A stretch of 64,000 bases of DNA, taken from an uncultured Fibrobacteria bacterium (lineage in GTDB: Bacteria > Fibrobacterota > Fibrobacteria > UBA11236). Shown in pieces: positions 45,571-57,554 of the stretch. The notes under the pieces were generated by a model. It saw only the letters and a program-made list of their open reading frames with translations, had not been told where the DNA came from and did not search any database. Each line of letters begins with the position of its first letter. The stretch's first letter is position 1. The stretch is from the NCBI GenBank assembly GCA_963716395.1, contig OY970309.1, positions 1,536,001 through 1,600,000 of the forward strand, written 5' to 3'. The position numbers were made by a program, and so were the translations under genes.

Positions 45571-47139
45571 GTGGCATCCATCAATTACGCAACCCGAGAA
45601 ATCAGTTGCAAGATCGTGTATTACGGTCCGGGACTGAGCGGCAAAACCACCAATCTGCAAATCATCCACCGCAAAATTCCCGACAAGGACAAAAGCGAAA
45701 TGGTTTCGCTGGCCACTGAAACCGACCGCACCTTGTTTTTCGACTTCCTGCCGCTGGATCTGGGATCGATCAAGGGCTTTTCCACCAAGTTCCAGCTTTA
45801 TACCGTGCCGGGCCAGGTTTACTACAACGCCACCCGCAAGCTGGTGCTGCGCGGCGTCGACGGCGTGGTGTTCGTGGTCGACTCGCAGACCGACAAGATT
45901 CAGGAGAACGTGGAAAGCTTCACCAATCTGCAGGAGAACCTGCGCGAGTACGGGCATGCCATCGAGGCGATTCCACTGGTGCTGCAATACAACAAGCGCG
46001 ACCTGCCCAACGTCTATCCGGTGCAGCAATTGAACGACCTGTTCAACAAATGGAACCTCCCCTATTGCGAAGCGGTGGCGGCCACCGGGGTTGGCGTGTT
46101 CACCACTCTCAAGGCCATCGGCAAATTGGTGATCGACCGCTTCAACGCCAAGTACGCGGGTTTTCAAGGCGCCGGTCGCCGCATGCAGCCGGGCCAACGC
46201 ATGCAGCCTCCGCCGACTTCTCCCGCTCCTTCACCGTCTCGCGGCGATATGCGTCCCTTGCCCACTTCGCCTTTCGGCAGTCCCACCGGAATGCCGGGAG
46301 GGCCGCGAACCCCGGCTCAGGGGCCCGCCGGTTTTGCTCCGCCGCCGCGCGAAAACCCCTTCGCATCGGCGCCGCCTTCTTTTTCGCCGGGGGCCCCGGG
46401 ACCCGGGCACCCGCCGTTCATGATTCCGACACCTTTCCAAACACCTCCGGGAAACGCGCCTTCTCCTGCCGGGGGATTCGCTCCGCCGCCTCCGCCCGCC
46501 CCCAATTATCCGGGCGGCGGTTTTGCCGCCGGCCCGGCACCGTACCCGGGATCCAATGCACCGTTTCCGCCCCCGGGAAATATGCCCCCGCCGGGCGGAT
46601 CGCCCGCCCCCGGAGGCATGCCTTCGCGGCCGGGCTTTCCCTCCGCTCCGGGCCCGAGTCCCGGACAGGGTAACATACCGGTTTCTCCTTTCCTGGATTC
46701 GTTCGCCGGTCCCCGGCCGGCCGCCCCGCTGGGCAATCCCGGACCGATTCCGGGATTGCAAACCAGCAACCCGTTCGCGGGGCAACGTCCGCCGCCTCCG
46801 CCGTTTCCGGCATTCGGCGGCGCGCCACAACCGCAACAGCCGCCACCGCCCCCGTATCCGGGTGGCCCCTTTGCCCCGGGCAACATGCCGTCCATGGGCG
46901 GCCCCACCCCTTTCCCCGCACCCAACACACCTTTTCCTCCGACGCGGCCCAACGAACCCGAAGTCGCGCCGCCTCCGCCCCCGCCCGGGGGGCTGCGCAA
47001 CAGCTTCGACGACGCCAGCGGTATCGTGTCGACTTATGAAGACGTGCAGCGCAACGAGAATTTCAAAACCAAAAAACTGCCGTTGCCGGGAGAAAAGAAA
47101 AAGGGTTTGTTCGACGGTTTTTTCCGCAAGGACAAATAG
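45571..47139 (+). CDS. mglA: MglA-family small GTPase with long Pro-rich C-terminal extension
   Basis: INYATREISCKIVYYGPGLSGKTTNL, TETDRTLFFDF, YTVPGQ, VDGVVFVVDSQ, QYNKRD, followed by a ~320-aa extension. Confidence 0.92.
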   Translation: MASINYATREISCKIVYYGPGLSGKTTNLQIIHRKIPDKDKSEMVSLATETDRTLFFDFLPLDLGSIKGFSTKFQLYTVPGQVYYNATRKLVLRGVDGVVFVVDSQTDKIQENVESFTNLQENLREYGHAIEAIPLVLQYNKRDLPNVYPVQQLNDLFNKWNLPYCEAVAATGVGVFTTLKAIGKLVIDRFNAKYAGFQGAGRRMQPGQRMQPPPTSPAPSPSRGDMRPLPTSPFGSPTGMPGGPRTPAQGPAGFAPPPRENPFASAPPSFSPGAPGPGHPPFMIPTPFQTPPGNAPSPAGGFAPPPPPAPNYPGGGFAAGPAPYPGSNAPFPPPGNMPPPGGSPAPGGMPSRPGFPSAPGPSPGQGNIPVSPFLDSFAGPRPAAPLGNPGPIPGLQTSNPFAGQRPPPPPFPAFGGAPQPQQPPPPPYPGGPFAPGNMPSMGGPTPFPAPNTPFPPTRPNEPEVAPPPPPPGGLRNSFDDASGIVSTYEDVQRNENFKTKKLPLPGEKKKGLFDGFFRKDK

Positions 47140-47142
47140 CCC

Positions 47143-47628
47143 ATGGGTGATTTCGTCCTCTTCAAAGAGGATGTGGAGCGGATTCAGAAAATCCTTTCGC
47201 ATCTGCTGACGGAATCCGCCGCCACCTACGTGCTTTTGATCAACAAAGACGGCAACCTCATCGCCAACGTGGGATTCAGTTCCTCCATCGACGCGAACAG
47301 CCTGGCCGCGCTGGCGGCGGGCAGCTTCGCCTCGACCCGCGCCATTGCGGCGTTGGTGGGGGAAACCGAATTCACCGTGCTGTTCCATCAAGGCGCGAAA
47401 GAGAACATCCACATCTCGCTGGTCGACGAAGACGGAATTCTGGTGCTGATTTTCGACGACCGCACCAATCTCGGCATGGTGAAAATGGTGGCCGAGCAGG
47501 CACGCCGCAAATTGTCCGAAGTGCTGGACGACGTGCGGGCGAACGAAGTCGACGCGTTGCCTCCGGTGCCCGACGCGGAAAACGATGTGGCGGATCGCAT
47601 CGATTCCCTTTTTCCACCCGGCCCCTGA
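47143..47628 (+). CDS. mglB: MglB-family roadblock GTPase-activating protein
   Basis: LINKDGNLI, LAALAAGSFA.T.AIA.LVGE.EF..LFHQG..NIHISLV, FDDRTNLGMV, acidic tail ending IDSLF. Confidence 0.9.
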   Translation: MGDFVLFKEDVERIQKILSHLLTESAATYVLLINKDGNLIANVGFSSSIDANSLAALAAGSFASTRAIAALVGETEFTVLFHQGAKENIHISLVDEDGILVLIFDDRTNLGMVKMVAEQARRKLSEVLDDVRANEVDALPPVPDAENDVADRIDSLFPPGP

Positions 47629-47682
47629 CCCGTTCCGGGGGCGGCGAGTCCGCCGCTTTTCCTTTTCTCCAAGTGCGGGCGC

Positions 47683-48723
<1,041 letters not shown>

Positions 48724-48819
48724 TTTTGCGCGCGGTTTGCCCGTCGGGCACGGCGGTTGGCGTTATATTGATCTTTGAACTATGGTCAACGCGCCGCGAC
48801 GTTTCCGCGGGGGGCAAAT

Positions 48820-50925
48820 GTGAAGGCGCGCCGCATTCTCGGACTGGGAATTATCGCCGTCCTCTCCCTGGTCGTTTTATGTATTCCGGGGTCCACGCGT
48901 TTTGCCCGCCCTTTTTTTTATCGCCTGTTCTTAGCCTTGCCGGCCCGGCATTCCGATCCTGTCACCCGCGTCGTCACTACGACGCCAGAGAATTTGCCGG
49001 CCGTCCTGCAGGAATTGACCACGGCGCAACCCAAATTGATCGCCTTGGATCCGGCGCTGTGGCAGGGTCGCGGCGACGAGGTGCAAAATCTATTGGCCCT
49101 CTTGCGCGGCATTCCGGTGGTGTTGGGATGGGCGGCCGATTCCGCAGGTCCGGGGATCGCCGTTTCCGAACCCGCCGCGCCGATGCCGCGTCTTTCCACT
49201 TTGGAAGGCGCGCTGGCGATGAGCCTGCCGGTCATCCATCTGCGCGCCGGCGAGGCCCCACCCGCGCGTTTCGGTAACGTCTCGGCCGGTTGGGAGGTAG
49301 AGCCCAAGGGCCCGATTAATTCTTTGCAGGCTTTGGCGCGCCAGGGCGACGCCATCGTCCCATCGGCGGGCCTGGAAACTTTGCGCCGCAGTGCCGAGGT
49401 GTTTCCCGATCGCATCGCCTATGTGGACGGGATCGGCCTTTTCATCGGCAAGGATCTCACTTTGCCGTTGACCGCCCGGGGCAAGGTGCTCCTGCGCTTG
49501 CGATCCGCCGCGCCGATTCCGGCCGGGGTGCTGCCGCAGAATCTGGAGGCGATGGCCGGTAAAATCATCCTAGTCGGATCGCCGCAGCATGTGGTCGCCA
49601 CCGCGGCCGGCCCGCGGTTGGCGGTCGAAACCTGGGCCTCGCTGGTCGACGACGCCCTGGCCCACGAAACCTTGGCGTTACCTGCGGGTGCGCCCTGGGT
49701 GGCCGCCGGCGTGGGCGCGGCCGGCATCCTGGCCGTGGAATTGGCTTTCTTCTTCGGCATGGAGGCGGGCGGTTTGGCCGCCTTGGCCGGCGGGCTGTCG
49801 CTGTTGTACCCCTTGCTGTCGCTGGGATTTTTCCTGGGTGCGAACTGGTGGCTGCCGCCCGACAAACCCTTCTTCACCCTGCTGGCCGCGGGCGCCGCCG
49901 CGGCGCTGTTCGCGGTGGGAAGAGGCCGTGCCGATGCCCCGGTCCGGCCTGAGCCGCCTCGGCCAATCCGGACGCCGTTGCCCAAGACGCCCCTGGCGGC
50001 ATCGTCCGCGGGGTCCCCCTCTCGGCCGCATGTGCATGCCCCGCGCCTCGGCGAGAAACCGCCGTCGGCCGAGTCGGGGCTGGAGCGCGACGCACAGGGG
50101 CAATTGACTCGCCTCGGACGCTACCGCATCGTGCGGAAAATGAGCTCGGGATCGTCGGGAGATGTTTTCGAAGGCCTCGATACCCACATGGCGCGGCGGG
50201 TCGCCGTCAAGACCATGGCCCGCGGCGCGTCGCTGCATTTCGATCACGCGCTGGAACGCTTTCAGGTCGAGGCCAAGGCGGCGGGATCGCTCAACCACCC
50301 CAACATCAACACCGTCCACGATTTCGGCACCCTCGGCGATGTTTCTTACATGGTCCTCGAGTATCTCGACGGCGTCACGCTGTCGCAGTGGATGCGCAGC
50401 CATCCCATTCCGCCTCCGCCGGCTGTGCAGGAATGGGTTCGTCAAATCGCCGCTGCGCTCGACTACGCCCATGCCCACCACGTCATCCACCGCGACCTTA
50501 AGCCCAGCAACCTCATGGTGGTCGACGAGGGAAAGACGGTCAAGCTCCTCGACTTCGGCGTGGCCAAAGTCGAAGACGTTATGCTGACCCAGACCGGCAT
50601 GACCGTGGGCACCCCGTCGTACATGTCTCCCGAACAATTGCAGGGCGAAAAGGTGACCGCCGCCTCGGATCAGTACTCCCTGGCCGTGGTGCTCTATCAG
50701 CTTTACAGCCACCGGCTGCCCTACGGCGGCAGCCGCATTCCCGAGATTTGCGGGCACATTCTCAAAGGGGAATTCATTCCGCTGCACGAGGCCAATCCCG
50801 TCTTGGATCCGGCCTATTGGGAGGTGTTTCTGCGCGCGCTGCGGCGCGATCCCGCCGAGCGGTTTCCCGATTGCCGTGCCCTGGGCGATGAACTCGAAGG
50901 TGTACGCGCGCATTCCGCCCCGTAA
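48820..50925 (+). CDS. Membrane Ser/Thr protein kinase with CHASE2-like extracytoplasmic domain
   Basis: N-terminal TM, periplasmic domain, three TMs, Pro-rich linker, then VAVK, HRDLKPSN, DFG, GTPSYMSPE, SDQYSL. Confidence 0.88.
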   Translation: MKARRILGLGIIAVLSLVVLCIPGSTRFARPFFYRLFLALPARHSDPVTRVVTTTPENLPAVLQELTTAQPKLIALDPALWQGRGDEVQNLLALLRGIPVVLGWAADSAGPGIAVSEPAAPMPRLSTLEGALAMSLPVIHLRAGEAPPARFGNVSAGWEVEPKGPINSLQALARQGDAIVPSAGLETLRRSAEVFPDRIAYVDGIGLFIGKDLTLPLTARGKVLLRLRSAAPIPAGVLPQNLEAMAGKIILVGSPQHVVATAAGPRLAVETWASLVDDALAHETLALPAGAPWVAAGVGAAGILAVELAFFFGMEAGGLAALAGGLSLLYPLLSLGFFLGANWWLPPDKPFFTLLAAGAAAALFAVGRGRADAPVRPEPPRPIRTPLPKTPLAASSAGSPSRPHVHAPRLGEKPPSAESGLERDAQGQLTRLGRYRIVRKMSSGSSGDVFEGLDTHMARRVAVKTMARGASLHFDHALERFQVEAKAAGSLNHPNINTVHDFGTLGDVSYMVLEYLDGVTLSQWMRSHPIPPPPAVQEWVRQIAAALDYAHAHHVIHRDLKPSNLMVVDEGKTVKLLDFGVAKVEDVMLTQTGMTVGTPSYMSPEQLQGEKVTAASDQYSLAVVLYQLYSHRLPYGGSRIPEICGHILKGEFIPLHEANPVLDPAYWEVFLRALRRDPAERFPDCRALGDELEGVRAHSAP

Positions 50926-50979
50926 AAAGAGACGGACTTGAGGCGGGAATATTTCGCCGCATCGGTTAAATTCTTCGCC

Positions 50980-52806
50980 ATGACCGCCGCCCAGTACCGA
51001 TGCGCCGCCGGCTTTTTCCTCTGCGCCGCGGTGGGCTGGGCCTCGGCCGCCAGCCTGCAGCGGGCCGAAGCCGCCGTCAAAGCCCAGCAATGGAAGCGCG
51101 CCGAATCCGATTTAGAGCAGTTGCTCCGCCAAGCCCCGCATGCAGCGGTGGCCGAAGAAGCGACCGTACTGCTCATCGATGTGGCCCTGCAGCAGGAGAA
51201 TACCGATTTCGCCGAGGCCACCGTACAGCGCTTCAAACGCCAATACGGGGCGTCGCCCCATTTGGCCCGCGTGCTGTATTACCAGGGAATTTTGGCCCTG
51301 CAAAAAGGCCGCAACGGCGATGCGGCCCAGGCCTTCGCCGCCGCCCTGATGCAGGCGCGCGTGCAGGGGGTTTACGACGCCGCCAGCCTGGCCTTGCGGC
51401 GCCTGGTCGATGCGCGGGGGCTGTTGCCCGACGAGTTGGAGGCCACCTGGAAAACCCTGCAGCGCGATCCGGTGCTGGGCCCGGGTCTGCTCGAGCGCTT
51501 GGGCGACGAACGCGAACGGGTCGGCCGCCACCGCGCAGCCGAGGCCGCCTACACCCAGTATCTTGAAAGTTACCCGGACGTCGCCGGTGCGGAGCGCGTG
51601 CGCGACAAACTGGCGCGCGCCCAGGCCGCTCCCGAAGAAAGCCCGGTGGTCCTCCTCATGGCGCCCTTCTCGGGTGAATTTTCCGAAGTGGGGCGTTCGT
51701 TGCGCGAAGGCGCGACCTTGGCCTTTGAGGACGCCCAGCGGCGGGGCGTTTCCTTGCCGGTGCTGGAGACGCTGGACGATCAGGGCAATCTCATCTACGG
51801 CGTACAAACCTTCCGCAAGACTCTGCGCGAAGAGCGCATCGGCGCCGTGATCGGGCCCGCCATGAGCGATGTGGCCACGGGCGTGGCCATCGAGCTCAGC
51901 GCGCGCAAAAGCTCCATTCCCCTGATCACGCCCACGGCCACCACTTACGGCATCGCCTCGTTGGGCGAAGGCGTGTTTCAACTCAACGTCACCACCCATA
52001 CCCTGGGGCAGCGCATCGCCGCCTTTGCGTCGGATTGCCTAGGGCTCAAGGACTTCATCATCGTGGCGCCGCACAACGAATACGGCTTTCAACTTTCCGA
52101 GGTGTTCGCCAAAACCGTGGAGAAAAAAGGCGGCACGGTGGTGTCGGTGACCTATGTCGATCCCGACGCCACGGATTTGTCGGATCCTCTGCAAGACGTG
52201 CGGCAAAAGCTGGCCAAAATATTTTTCGATCAGATGAAGTGGGAGGGCCAGCCGCTTCCCGACGCGCATGCGCTGCGATCGTGGATGTCCGACTCGACCT
52301 TTCCGGTCGACGGCATTTTCATTCCCGCCACCAGCGCCGACGAAGCCAATAAGTTGGCGTCGCAGGTCATCTTCAACAAAATCAGCGGCCAGATGCTGGG
52401 TTCTTCGGGATGGTTCGACAAAACCCTGTTGCTCAAGAATTCCGAGGCCACCCATGGCGCTTATTTCAGCGTCGATTTTCCCGATCAGCCCAAAACCCAG
52501 ATTTACTCCGACTTTTCCCAGGCCTACCGCAACCGCTGGAAACGCTCGCCGGATCGGGTCGCCGCCCTGTCGTACGACGCCGCGCGCTTTTTGCTCGCCG
52601 GCATGTCCCAAGCCTCGCCTCCCGATCAATTGATTCGGGCGCTGCGGGCCATCCGCACCTTTCCGGGAGTGTTGGGCGACATCGAATTCGGCGAAGACGA
52701 GGGCGTGAACGAAAACACTGCGGTGTACCACTTCGAGCGCAAGGCGTTCAAAGAAGTGAACGATTGCCCGGACAGCGCCGCGGCGGTCAAGGCGCCGGTA
52801 CGGTGA
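50980..52806 (+). CDS. TPR plus periplasmic-binding-fold protein (LppC/LpoA-like)
   Basis: Signal peptide, TPR-like helices, then LMAPFSG, VIGP, YGF, AALSYDA, FPGVLGDIEF type-I PBP pattern. Confidence 0.75.
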   Translation: MTAAQYRCAAGFFLCAAVGWASAASLQRAEAAVKAQQWKRAESDLEQLLRQAPHAAVAEEATVLLIDVALQQENTDFAEATVQRFKRQYGASPHLARVLYYQGILALQKGRNGDAAQAFAAALMQARVQGVYDAASLALRRLVDARGLLPDELEATWKTLQRDPVLGPGLLERLGDERERVGRHRAAEAAYTQYLESYPDVAGAERVRDKLARAQAAPEESPVVLLMAPFSGEFSEVGRSLREGATLAFEDAQRRGVSLPVLETLDDQGNLIYGVQTFRKTLREERIGAVIGPAMSDVATGVAIELSARKSSIPLITPTATTYGIASLGEGVFQLNVTTHTLGQRIAAFASDCLGLKDFIIVAPHNEYGFQLSEVFAKTVEKKGGTVVSVTYVDPDATDLSDPLQDVRQKLAKIFFDQMKWEGQPLPDAHALRSWMSDSTFPVDGIFIPATSADEANKLASQVIFNKISGQMLGSSGWFDKTLLLKNSEATHGAYFSVDFPDQPKTQIYSDFSQAYRNRWKRSPDRVAALSYDAARFLLAGMSQASPPDQLIRALRAIRTFPGVLGDIEFGEDEGVNENTAVYHFERKAFKEVNDCPDSAAAVKAPVR

Positions 52807-52809
52807 CCG

Positions 52810-53034
52810 ATGGCCACGTGTTGGGATACGCTGTGCGGGCCCGACTGCGCCTGGTGCCGGTATAAACAGGCGCGTTACCGCCAGGGGTTCGCCACCCCCT
52901 GCTGGGAATGGTTTCACGCGCAACGCATCGAAAAGCGTTGTCGCCTCTGCCGCTTCTACCTTGAGCAGCGGAGTCTGCGCCCGGAATTGCCCGAAGATCC
53001 GTCTTGGCACCCGGCGGACGCCGCCTCCCGCTGA
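52810..53034 (+). CDS. Small Cys-rich protein (two-CW-like)
   Basis: CW..C..C..C...CW...CxxCxFY pattern, 3 nt after the previous stop. Confidence 0.55.
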   Translation: MATCWDTLCGPDCAWCRYKQARYRQGFATPCWEWFHAQRIEKRCRLCRFYLEQRSLRPELPEDPSWHPADAASR

Positions 53035-53043
53035 ACGCGCGGG

Positions 53044-53658
53044 TCAGGGCGTGTCGCGATACGGTGCGGTCGGCAATCCGCTTTGCTCCCGGCGCAAGAA
53101 TTCCCGCGCCCGTAACAAAGCCGCTACCGTAATGGATTCGGTGAAGGTTCCCTCCAGCGCCTCACGGCAGGCTGCTTCCAGCGGCATCCAGCGGATTTCC
53201 AGCACTTCGGTGGGCTCGGGTTCGGACCGGCCCGGCGTCAGGTCGCGGGCCAAAAACAAATAGGCCACTTCATCGGTCACCGAATTGGAAAGCGCCAAGC
53301 ACCCGAGCGCATCCCAGCGCTTGGCCGTGAGTCCGGTTTCTTCGCGCAGCTCGCGGGCCGCGGCGTCCCGCACGGTGCCGCCTTCTTTGCGGCAGCCGCC
53401 TTCGGGAATTTCCCAGGAGTAGTAATCGAGCGGATAGCGGTGCTGCCCCACCAAGGGAATGTTGCCCTGCGGGTCGACGGCCACCACACCCGTGGCCCAG
53501 TGGGCGAATTCGACCACCCCGTAGATGCCGGGTTGGCCGTCGGGGTGCAACACGCGATCCTCGCGCACCCGGATCCAAGGGTTGCGGTAAATGGGGCGGG
53601 TCGAAAGAACGGTCCAGGGCCCGACGCGCCGGAGCGCTTCGTCTTCGGAATCGTTCAC
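53044..53658 (-). CDS. NUDIX hydrolase (ADP-ribose pyrophosphatase-like)
   Basis: QHRYP, WEIPEGG...AARELREETG Nudix box. Confidence 0.92.
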   Translation of the reverse strand: MNDSEDEALRRVGPWTVLSTRPIYRNPWIRVREDRVLHPDGQPGIYGVVEFAHWATGVVAVDPQGNIPLVGQHRYPLDYYSWEIPEGGCRKEGGTVRDAAARELREETGLTAKRWDALGCLALSNSVTDEVAYLFLARDLTPGRSEPEPTEVLEIRWMPLEAACREALEGTFTESITVAALLRAREFLRREQSGLPTAPYRDTP

Positions 53659-54518
53659 AACCGCCGGCTTTCTTCGGCGAGCAATCGCCGCGCGCGTTTT
53701 TGTTCGAAGAAGTTTTCCGGCGCGGCTTCCGGCAAAGTGTCGGGATTGGCGTGCAGCACGAATTCCAACTGCGCGCGGAAGTCGGCGGTGTCTTTTTCCG
53801 GAGCGAACAGGTACTCGGCCATCAAGGTGCGCGTGCCGAAATACAGCGGCGCCAATTGCAGGGCGCGTTCAAAATGCAAGCGCGCCGAATCGGAATTGGG
53901 TTGGGGCAGCACCATGTACATCACCCCGAGAAAACGGTGGGCACCGCCATAATAGAACCCCTCGTTTTTGGCCAGCACCTTGACGATAAAGGCTTCGAGG
54001 CGTTCACGGCTGCCGATGCGCGCCTTAGCGCCTTCGAGATTGGCGAGACGGCCGAGATTGGCGGCATACCAGAACGCCGAGGCGACGAACGGGCCGTTGA
54101 TCTGGCCCACGGCTTCCACTTCGTCGCCGCTTGCCTGGAACACCCGGTAAAACCCCGGTTGCTGCATCAACGCCTTTTCGGCCGCGAAGGCGCCTTCGAG
54201 GTAGAGGGATTCTTTTTGATCCGGGCGCGTTTCCACATACGTCGCGACGAAATACCCGGCCCGCGCCCAGCGCGTCAGCAATTCCGGAACTTTGTTTTGG
54301 CGTTTGGCGGCGCGGCGATATTCATCCAGTGCCGCCCGGGCTGAGGCGGAATCGCGGCGCAGATTCCATAAACTGTCGGCGCGTAGCCAGGCCGCGCCTT
54401 TGGCCGACGAATACGGGGCGAAGTCGCAGGCCGGCGCCACCTTCACCAGGCGTCCCGAACAGGCCGCCAATCCCAGGGCCAATACCATCCAACGCGTTCG
54501 TTTCACGATAGTGCGCAT
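53655..54518 (-). CDS. TPR lipoprotein, TRAP-T (TatT)-like
   Basis: Lipobox LAAC, YYGGAHRFLG.MY, HFERAL, PEN..EQ.RAR.LL. Confidence 0.65.
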   Translation of the reverse strand: MRTIVKRTRWMVLALGLAACSGRLVKVAPACDFAPYSSAKGAAWLRADSLWNLRRDSASARAALDEYRRAAKRQNKVPELLTRWARAGYFVATYVETRPDQKESLYLEGAFAAEKALMQQPGFYRVFQASGDEVEAVGQINGPFVASAFWYAANLGRLANLEGAKARIGSRERLEAFIVKVLAKNEGFYYGGAHRFLGVMYMVLPQPNSDSARLHFERALQLAPLYFGTRTLMAEYLFAPEKDTADFRAQLEFVLHANPDTLPEAAPENFFEQKRARRLLAEESRRL

Positions 54519-54602
54519 CCCTTCTGACCCCTGTGGGCATTGAATTTCATGGTCGAAGGCGAAATTTACTTCTTTTGGGTTTGCCGCTTTCGGCCACTTC
54601 CC

Positions 54603-55622
54603 ATGCAAACCGGCGTTCTGCTTCTCAATCTCGGCAGCCCCGAAGCGCCGACCCCCAAGGCGGTGCGACCCTATTTGCAGGCCTTGTTGGGAGATCCGCG
54701 GGTGTTGGAAATGCCGGCGCCGCTGCGGTGGCTGCTTCTGCACGGTGTCATCCTGCGTACGCGCCCCAAATATGCGGCGCATGCCTACTCCCGTATCTGG
54801 ACCGCCGAAGGTTCTCCGCTGATGACGCACACGCGCGCCTTTGCCGCCGGCCTCGCTGCCGAGCTCGGGTCGGAGTACCGGGTGGAGGTCGGCATGAGTT
54901 GCGGAACACCTTTCATCGCCGAAGGGCTGAAGGCGCTGTTCCGCCATCCACTACGGGAATTGGTGGTGTTTCCGCTGTATCCCCAATACGCCTCGGCCAC
55001 TACGGGATCGGCTCTCGCCGCCGTGTTTCAAGGGTTGCAGCGGCGGCGCAGCATTCCCGCGGTGCGCACGGTGCCCGCTTTTTTCGATCACCCGGCCTAT
55101 CTCGAAGCCGCGGCCGCCGTGGCCGCGCCGGTGTTGGCGGAAGCCCGCCCCGATCACGTCTTATTCAGTTTTCACGGATTGCCGGAAAGCCAAATTCGCC
55201 GGGCGGAATCCGCGCCGGGTTTTTGCCTGGCGTCCGGCGACGCCTGCTGCGCCTCCATGGGCCCCGCCAATTTTTATTGCTACCGCGCGCAATGTTTTTC
55301 CCTCGCACGGCGGCTGGCCGAGCGCCTGCGCCTCCCGGCTGCGGGATTTTCCCTGTCGTTTCAATCGCGGCTGGGGCGCACGCCCTGGATTCGGCCTTAT
55401 ACCGACGAAACCTTGGTGTTACTGGCCAAGCGCGGGATCCGCCGCCTGGCGGTATTGACACCATCTTTTGTGGCGGATTGCCTGGAAACGCTGGAAGAAA
55501 TCGGATTGCGCGGGGCCGAGGCGTTTCAGGCCGCGGGCGGAGAGCGGCTGACCTTGGTCCCCTCGCTCAACGCGGATTCCGCCTGGATTCGGGCCGCCGG
55601 CGGCATGATCCGGAATTTTTGA
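54603..55622 (+). CDS. hemH: Ferrochelatase
   Basis: GVLLLNLGSP, GSPL, PLYPQYASATTGS, FSFHGLP, FQSRLG..PW..PYT, FVADCLETLEEI. Confidence 0.96.
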   Translation: MQTGVLLLNLGSPEAPTPKAVRPYLQALLGDPRVLEMPAPLRWLLLHGVILRTRPKYAAHAYSRIWTAEGSPLMTHTRAFAAGLAAELGSEYRVEVGMSCGTPFIAEGLKALFRHPLRELVVFPLYPQYASATTGSALAAVFQGLQRRRSIPAVRTVPAFFDHPAYLEAAAAVAAPVLAEARPDHVLFSFHGLPESQIRRAESAPGFCLASGDACCASMGPANFYCYRAQCFSLARRLAERLRLPAAGFSLSFQSRLGRTPWIRPYTDETLVLLAKRGIRRLAVLTPSFVADCLETLEEIGLRGAEAFQAAGGERLTLVPSLNADSAWIRAAGGMIRNF

Positions 55623-55685
55623 AGAATTGCGGCCCAGGCTTTATTTCTGTCAAACCAAGGTCGTTGGTTTTTTCCCATAAAGTCG

Positions 55686-55714
55686 TTGACGCTCGGCCTC
55701 GGGTGTTGTAAATT
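55686..55714 (+). promoter_or_regulatory. Sigma-70 promoter of the rRNA operon
   Basis: TTGACG-17 nt-TAAATT, about 300 nt upstream of 16S. Confidence 0.7.
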
Positions 55715-56011
55715 TATCGACCCCTGGGAAAACGTCGCTTGCGACGGAACACACGGGGCGCTTCATCCACAGCGGTGAGGCGGATGATTGAGAGTGAAAA
55801 GAGAACGGTAGGGAGAAGGCGAGCGTGGCCGGGGAAAGGCGCCGAGAAATCGGAGCAAGACCTCGGGCAATCGCAAAAAGGGGTTTTGCCACTCAAGGCG
55901 CAAGTCTTAAGCGGATCACAAAACCCGCCCGATGCGTGGATGGATGCATTGGGAAGCTTCACAAAGAAGCAAATCTCCGGAAATTAGAGTTTTAATCAGT
56001 GAACGAAGGAT

Positions 56012-57554
<1,543 letters not shown>

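Noticed and set aside
46190-47000. DNA tandem repeat or assembly artefact in the MglA tail
   Set aside because: Low complexity is at the amino-acid level with varied codons, and the frame stays open to a stop 3 nt before mglB.
48745-48762. Sigma-54 promoter upstream of the kinase (GGGCACGGCGGTTGG)
   Set aside because: The -12 position reads GG, not GC, and such near-matches are expected by chance at this GC content.
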